From positions 46,073-66,072 of the forward strand of contig JBLNDL010000013.1 in assembly GCA_050261575.1 (NCBI GenBank): a stretch of DNA of 20,000 nt, in the 5' to 3' direction. Position numbers and translations under genes: made by a program. The notes beneath the pieces are model-generated. The model was not told the origin of the DNA and did no database searches. It saw only the letters and a program-made list of their open reading frames with translations. Below are positions 16,334 through 20,000 of the stretch, piece by piece. Source of the DNA: Sphingomonadaceae bacterium (GTDB lineage Bacteria; Chloroflexota; UBA6077). Each line of letters begins with the position of its first letter. Within the stretch, counting starts at the first letter, position 1.

Positions 16334-16410
16334 TGGCACCCCGGATAGGACTCGAACCTACGACCTTTGGGTCCGCAACCCAACGCTCTAATCCGCTGAG
16401 CTACCGGGGC
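16334..16410 (-). tRNA. tRNA-Arg (anticodon GCG), CCA encoded
   Basis: Cloverleaf GCCCCGG...CCGGGGT-G-CCA. The D-loop has GGA20 (Arg identity element), the anticodon arm is TTGGG-TTGCGGA-CCCAA and the T-loop is TTCGAGT. Confidence 0.95.
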
Positions 16411-16415
16411 ATGGG

Positions 16416-16508
16416 CGGAGGAGATGGGATTCGAACCCATGACAGAGGTTTATAGCCCCTGTAACCGCTTAGCAGGCGGCCGCACTAGACCAACTATGCG
16501 ACTCCTCC
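16416..16508 (-). tRNA. tRNA-Ser (anticodon GCT), CCA not encoded
   Basis: GGAGGAG/CTCCTCC acceptor stem, G73, anticodon arm GCCGC-CTGCTAA-GCGGT, long variable arm, T-loop TTCGAAT. Confidence 0.96.
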
Positions 16509-16550
16509 ACACGAACGAAGACCTGGAGTGATCACTGCCCAAGATGGCGG

Positions 16551-16633
16551 CGGAGGGGGAGGGATTCGAACCCCCGGGGCTCGCGCCCGACCGTTTTCAA
16601 GACGGCCACCATAAACCACTCGGACACCCCTCC
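16551..16633 (-). tRNA. tRNA-Ser (anticodon TGA), CCA not encoded
   Basis: GGAGGGG/CCCCTCC acceptor stem, anticodon arm GCCGT-CTTGAAA-ACGGT, variable arm GGGC-GCGA-GCCC. Confidence 0.96.
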
Positions 16634-16690
16634 AGGTGTACGCGTATTGTGTTGTTAACACGTGCGGCAGACACGCCGCTCCACACGTGG

Positions 16691-16719
16691 ATTCTAGCCG
16701 ACCAGCCACCTCATGTCAA
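16691..16719 (-). promoter_or_regulatory. Near-consensus sigma-A promoter for Ser(TGA)-Ser(GCT)-Arg(GCG)
   Basis: Minus strand TTGACA, 17-bp spacer, TAGAAT. Confidence 0.85.
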
Positions 16720-16764
16720 CGTGCCACCGGCCATCATGAGCCGAGAACCGGCCAGAGACCATTC

Positions 16765-16844
16765 GCCATCAGCTTTCAGCTAGTGCCCAGGCTTCGCTCG
16801 GCCACGCCGAGGGCACAACGCTGACCGCTGATGGCTGATAGCTG
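16765..16844. repeat. Heptamer-periodic inverted repeat (GCTGATG/A type) with inner hairpin
   Basis: GCCATCAGCTTTCAGC (16765-16780) pairs with GCTGACCGCTGATGGC (16820-16835) at 14/16 positions. Units are GCTGACC GCTGATG GCTGATA GCTG, and the inner hairpin is CTCGGC-cac-GCCGAG. Confidence 0.65.
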
Positions 16845-16847
16845 TCG

Positions 16848-16935
16848 TGGCGGAGAGGGTGGGATTTGAACCCACGAGGCTGTTACACCTACCCGCTTTC
16901 CAGGCGAGCGCCCTAGGCCACTAGGCGACCTCTCC
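16848..16935 (-). tRNA. tRNA-Ser (anticodon GGA), CCA encoded
   Basis: GGAGAGG/CCTCTCC-G-CCA acceptor, anticodon arm CTCGC-CTGGAAA-GCGGG, long variable arm. Confidence 0.96.
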
Positions 16936-17035
16936 ATGCAGGCTATTGACGTTCAACCGTGGGCTACGGATGCCAGCCACCCCGCCTATCGTCCCGAGGC
17001 GGATGCTGACAGCCCGATGCCGACGGCTGCTCGGG

Positions 17036-17122
17036 CGGAGGGAGAGGGATTTGAACCCCCGAGGCCTTTCGACCTACCCGATTTCGAGTCGGGCGCACTC
17101 AACCGGACTATGCGATCCCTCC
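17036..17122 (-). tRNA. tRNA-Ser (anticodon CGA), CCA not encoded
   Basis: GGAGGGA/TCCCTCC acceptor stem, anticodon arm CCCGA-CTCGAAA-TCGGG, variable arm AGGTC-GAAA-GGCCT. Confidence 0.96.
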
Positions 17123-17163
17123 AAGAGGCCGCAGCCCTAGAGGGGCCGCGGCCCACAGTCTAA

Positions 17164-17211
17164 AGTATAGCATAGGGGCAGGTACACCACAACCAGCGCG
17201 TCTGCTATACT
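17164..17211. promoter_or_regulatory. Back-to-back divergent extended -10 promoters (tRNA operon on -, hesB-like/yciH on +)
   Basis: TGCTATACT occurs on the minus strand at 17164-17172 and on the plus strand at 17203-17211. Confidence 0.7.
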
Positions 17212-17258
17212 CCACGCACCATGCCCGGCTCCGACCAGGGCTATCCTTTGGAGGACGA

Positions 17259-17606
17259 ATGATCATCATCACGCCGGAAGCTGCCAAGGAGCTCCGCGAT
17301 CTTGCTGCCAGCGGTGAGGCAGCGGTACTCAAGTTCGATGCCGAGCCCGACAACGAGGGAGGATACGACTGCTCGGTGGGGCTGGTGGACACTCCTCCAT
17401 CCGATGCTATCGTCGAGGAGATCGCTGGGGTCAAGGTCGCCTTCCTCGGCATGGCGGAAAGCGTCTTCGAAGGGGCAGTGGTCGGGCTCAGCCCGGAGGG
17501 AGAACTGACCCTGGAGATGATCGAGGAAGACTGCGAGCACTGCGAGCACGAACACGGCTGCGACTGCGGCGAGGGCAACGGTTGCAGCTCCGAAGGCCAC
17601 ATCTGA
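17259..17606 (+). CDS. HesB/IscA-like fold protein with Cys/His-rich C-terminal tail
   Basis: Reads MIIITPEAAKEL...D.VEEIAGVKV...FEGAVV, resembling A-type carrier patterns, with tail CEHCEHEHGCDCGEGNGC. SD GGAGGA. Confidence 0.65.
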   Translation: MIIITPEAAKELRDLAASGEAAVLKFDAEPDNEGGYDCSVGLVDTPPSDAIVEEIAGVKVAFLGMAESVFEGAVVGLSPEGELTLEMIEEDCEHCEHEHGCDCGEGNGCSSEGHI

Positions 17607-17989
17607 TGCCCGACGGGCCGGCTCCACGACCCGAACGGTCGCCGGTATACGACAGCGACCTTGGGCGCATCTGCCCCTCATGCGGCAAGCCGGTGAAGGG
17701 CTGCGTCTGCCAGGCGAAGAAGGTGATTCCCCAGGCTGGGCCGAAGAACGACGGAGTAGTCAGGGTCTCTCGCGACCGCCGGAATCGACACGGCAAGACT
17801 GTCACGGTGGTCACCGGGGTGCCGGGCCACCCCGCGGCGGTCGAGGATCTGGCGACGAAGCTGAAGCGGTTGTGTGGCTCGGGCGGCACCGTGAAGGAAG
17901 GGGTCATCGAAATCCAGGGCGACCATCGGGACCTGGTGCTGTCGAAGCTGCTCGAGATGGGGTACAAGGCCAAGCTGGCAGGGGGATAG
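17606..17989 (+). CDS. yciH: SUI1/eIF1-like translation factor (YciH) with N-terminal CxxC..CxC
   Basis: Motifs VVRVSR, RHGKTVTVV, LKRLCGSGGTVKEGVIEIQGDHR and KLAGG. TGATG overlap with the upstream gene. Confidence 0.93.
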   Translation: MPDGPAPRPERSPVYDSDLGRICPSCGKPVKGCVCQAKKVIPQAGPKNDGVVRVSRDRRNRHGKTVTVVTGVPGHPAAVEDLATKLKRLCGSGGTVKEGVIEIQGDHRDLVLSKLLEMGYKAKLAGG

Positions 17990-17994
17990 TCGCG

Positions 17995-18033
17995 AGTAAT
18001 GAGTGATGAGCGGATTACTCATCACTCATTACT
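17995..18033. terminator. Heptamer-periodic perfect hairpin between convergent yciH and argS, probable bidirectional terminator
   Basis: 16-bp perfect stem AGTAATGAGTGATGAG-cggatta-CTCATCACTCATTACT built from GAGTAAT/GAGTGAT units. Confidence 0.7.
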
Positions 18034-18045
18034 TCTTGGTCGAGC

Positions 18046-19704
18046 CTACATGGACTCGGGCGCGGTCACTCCCATCAGTGCGAGGGTGTTGCCCAGTACG
18101 ATCTTGCAGGCGCTTACCAGCTTGAGACGGGCCTTGGTGAGGGACTGGTCCTCGGATACCACCCTGCACTGCTTGTAGAAAGAGTGGAACACAGCCGCGA
18201 TCTCCTGGGAGTAGTGCGGGAGATGGTGGGGCGACAGGGTCGCCGCGGCCGTCTCCACCAGTTCGGGCAGGGCGAGCATCTTCCGGATGAGATCCAGCTC
18301 CGGCTCCGAGGTGAGCAGGGACACGTCACCGTCGGTGAAGTCCACGTCGCTGGCGTAGCGCAGGATGCTGGCGATCCGTGCGTGGGCGTACTGCACGTAG
18401 TAGACCGGGTTCTCGCTGGACTGCTCCTTAGCCAGGTCCAGGTCGAAGTCCATCATGGCATCGGCCGAGCGGGCCAGCAGGAAGAAGCGGACCGCATCCG
18501 GTCCCACCTCGTCCAGCACCTCGCCAAGGGTGATGATCTCCCCGGTTCGCTTGGACATGCGGACCGGCTTGCCGCTGCGCTTCAAGCTCACCAACTGGTA
18601 GATGATCAGCTCCAGCCTCGACGGGTCGACCCCGAGCGCGGCTACCATCGCCTTCATCCGGGGCACGTGGCCCTGGTGGTCCGCTCCCCAGACGTCGATG
18701 ACTCGATCGAAGCCGCGCACGCAAAACTTGTCAAAGTGATAGGCGGCGTCGGAGGCGAAGTAGGTGGGGGAGCCGTTGCTCCTGACCAGGACGTTGTCCT
18801 TCTCCTCTCCCAGCGCCGAGGAGGCGAACCACACGGCGCCCTCTCGCTCGGCCACGTAGCCCCGCTGGCGCAGCAGTTCGATCGTCTTGGTGATTTGGCT
18901 GGAGTCGTAGAGCGACTGCTCCGAGAACCACCGGTCGAAGCGGACGTTCATCCGGTCCAGGTCGCGTCGTATCCGTCCCAGCATCTTCTCGGTGCCGAGT
19001 CGGCCCAGCTTCTGGAGGGCCTCGTCCCTCGGCATATCCAGGAACTCGCGGCCGCGCTCGTCGACTATCTCCCGGGCAAGCTCCACCATGTACTCTCCGG
19101 CGTAGCCGTCGGCGGGGAGTTCCTCCTGGATCCCGAGTTGCTGCAGATACCGGGCATACAGGGTGGCGTAGAACGCCTCCATCCGGGCGCCGGCATCGTT
19201 GACGTAATACTCCCGCTCCACCTGGTAACCCGCGTGCGCGAGCACGTTGGCGAGGCTGTCACCGAGTGCAGCGCCGCGCCCCGCCCCCACGTGTAGCGGT
19301 CCGGTGGGGTTGGCGCTGACGTACTCCACCTGCACCCTGGCGCCCTTACCCAGATCGACGCGGCCGTAGTCTCCGGCTTCGGCGAGAATGGTCTCCACCT
19401 GAGCGGCCAGCCAGGCAGGGGAGAGCCGGAAGTTCAGGAAACCGGGTCGCGCCACCTCGACGCTGGAGAGGAAGTCACCCGAGGCCACCTGGTCTGCGAG
19501 GACTCGCGCTATGGACATAGGGTCCATGCGAGCCGTGCGGGCCATTCTCAGGGCCACGTTGCTGGCATAGTCGCCGTGCTCCGGGTTCTGAGGAGTCTCG
19601 ATGGTTATCTCCGGCACGGCCACCGGTGGGAGCGCACCCTGCTGCTGCGCCCTCAGTACGGCATCGAGAAGGAGGTTGCGTAGCTTGCCGCGCACGGTCG
19701 TCAC
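18046..19704 (-). CDS. argS: Arginine--tRNA ligase
   Basis: Motifs HGDYASN, PGFLNF, EYVSANPTGPLHVG, EYYVNDAG, WGADHQG, RMSKRTG and NPVYYVQYAHAR. GTG start with SD AGGAG. Confidence 0.98.
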   Translation of the reverse strand: MTTVRGKLRNLLLDAVLRAQQQGALPPVAVPEITIETPQNPEHGDYASNVALRMARTARMDPMSIARVLADQVASGDFLSSVEVARPGFLNFRLSPAWLAAQVETILAEAGDYGRVDLGKGARVQVEYVSANPTGPLHVGAGRGAALGDSLANVLAHAGYQVEREYYVNDAGARMEAFYATLYARYLQQLGIQEELPADGYAGEYMVELAREIVDERGREFLDMPRDEALQKLGRLGTEKMLGRIRRDLDRMNVRFDRWFSEQSLYDSSQITKTIELLRQRGYVAEREGAVWFASSALGEEKDNVLVRSNGSPTYFASDAAYHFDKFCVRGFDRVIDVWGADHQGHVPRMKAMVAALGVDPSRLELIIYQLVSLKRSGKPVRMSKRTGEIITLGEVLDEVGPDAVRFFLLARSADAMMDFDLDLAKEQSSENPVYYVQYAHARIASILRYASDVDFTDGDVSLLTSEPELDLIRKMLALPELVETAAATLSPHHLPHYSQEIAAVFHSFYKQCRVVSEDQSLTKARLKLVSACKIVLGNTLALMGVTAPESM

Positions 19705-19762
19705 GTCGGTGGCTCCTACAAAACGGTGTCGTCTGACCCGAGCGGGCCAGACGCCTGACGAG

Positions 19763-19792
19763 ATTATAGCCCAGGAGCCGGAGACGGCGCAA
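19763..19792 (-). promoter_or_regulatory. Putative argS promoter
   Basis: Minus strand TTGCGC, 18-bp spacer, TATAAT. Confidence 0.6.
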
Positions 19793-19858
19793 ACGAGACG
19801 AGGTAACGCGCAAACGCTGGGACGGATGGGAGGGCAAGCCGCACTTCGGGCAGCCCTT

Positions 19859-19897
19859 AGGGCGAAGCTTCTCGGCCGTGCCGGGAAGCTTCGCCCT
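19859..19897. repeat. 18-bp hairpin, REP-like or terminator of the upstream minus-strand gene
   Basis: AGGGCGAAGCTTCTCGGC-cgt-GCCGGGAAGCTTCGCCCT, with one G-U pair. Confidence 0.6.
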
Positions 19898-19914
19898 TGC
19901 TGTTAGGTGGGGGG

Positions 19915-19998
19915 CTAGGGGAGGTAGCCGCTCTGGCGGGCCTGCTTTAGCTGGGTGTAGGCTGGCCGATCGGAGCCGTCGGCGTTGGCGATGGACCA
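19915..19998 (-). CDS. 3' end of a gene entering from the right edge, probable glycoside hydrolase (clan GH-A-like) C-terminus
   Basis: Manual translation gives WSIANADGSDRPAYTQLKQARQSGYLP*, resembling the (W/F)(S/G)(I/L)xxxDGxx(R/K)PAYxxLK end of GH5/GH39-like TIM barrels. It is absent from the ORF track and only 27 aa are visible. Confidence 0.55.
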   Translation of the reverse strand, partial: WSIANADGSDRPAYTQLKQARQSGYLP

Positions 19999-20000
19999 CC

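Noticed and set aside
15038..16410. Genomic island integrated at the tRNA-Arg 3' end
   Set aside because: There is no integrase, I saw no duplicated tRNA 3' end, and there is no evident compositional shift.
16551..16633. tRNA with TGA in the anticodon loop as a selenocysteine or suppressor tRNA
   Set aside because: Anticodon UGA reads the Ser codon UCA. tRNA-Sec has anticodon UCA and an 8-bp acceptor stem, whereas this one has 7 bp.
19475..19999. 174-aa minus-strand ORF overlapping the argS 5' end
   Set aside because: It is low-complexity and Arg/Pro-rich and overlaps argS out of frame. A different frame (19998-19915) gives a more protein-like C-terminus.

Overview
High-GC bacterial core-genome window. 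A Chloroflexota origin is inferred from gene content and protein style, not verified. On the + strand it carries the translation/RNA-processing operon ylxR(partial)-infB-rbfA-nrnA(DHH)-truB-ribF, then a separately promoted, translationally coupled parA-like/ftsZ pair. A stand-alone EF-G2 paralog (-) converges on ftsZ. Next come yebC-ruvC-ruvA (no ruvB) and a Cys-containing hypothetical gene (+), galU and an AI-2E-family transporter (-), a pseudo-receiver (+) and a short HTH-WYL regulator (-). A minus-strand tRNA cluster holds all four Ser isoacceptors plus an unusual tRNA-Arg(GCG). The window ends with a HesB/IscA-like gene coupled to SUI1/yciH (+), argS (-) and the 3' end of a probable glycoside hydrolase (-). 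The most interesting signal is the orphan Soj/ParA ATPase coupled to an FtsZ outside the dcw cluster. That FtsZ has an N-terminal extension resembling ParA-activating peptides, a candidate FtsZ-positioning module. Several families of small intergenic repeats are present. No integrase, transposase or CRISPR array was seen.
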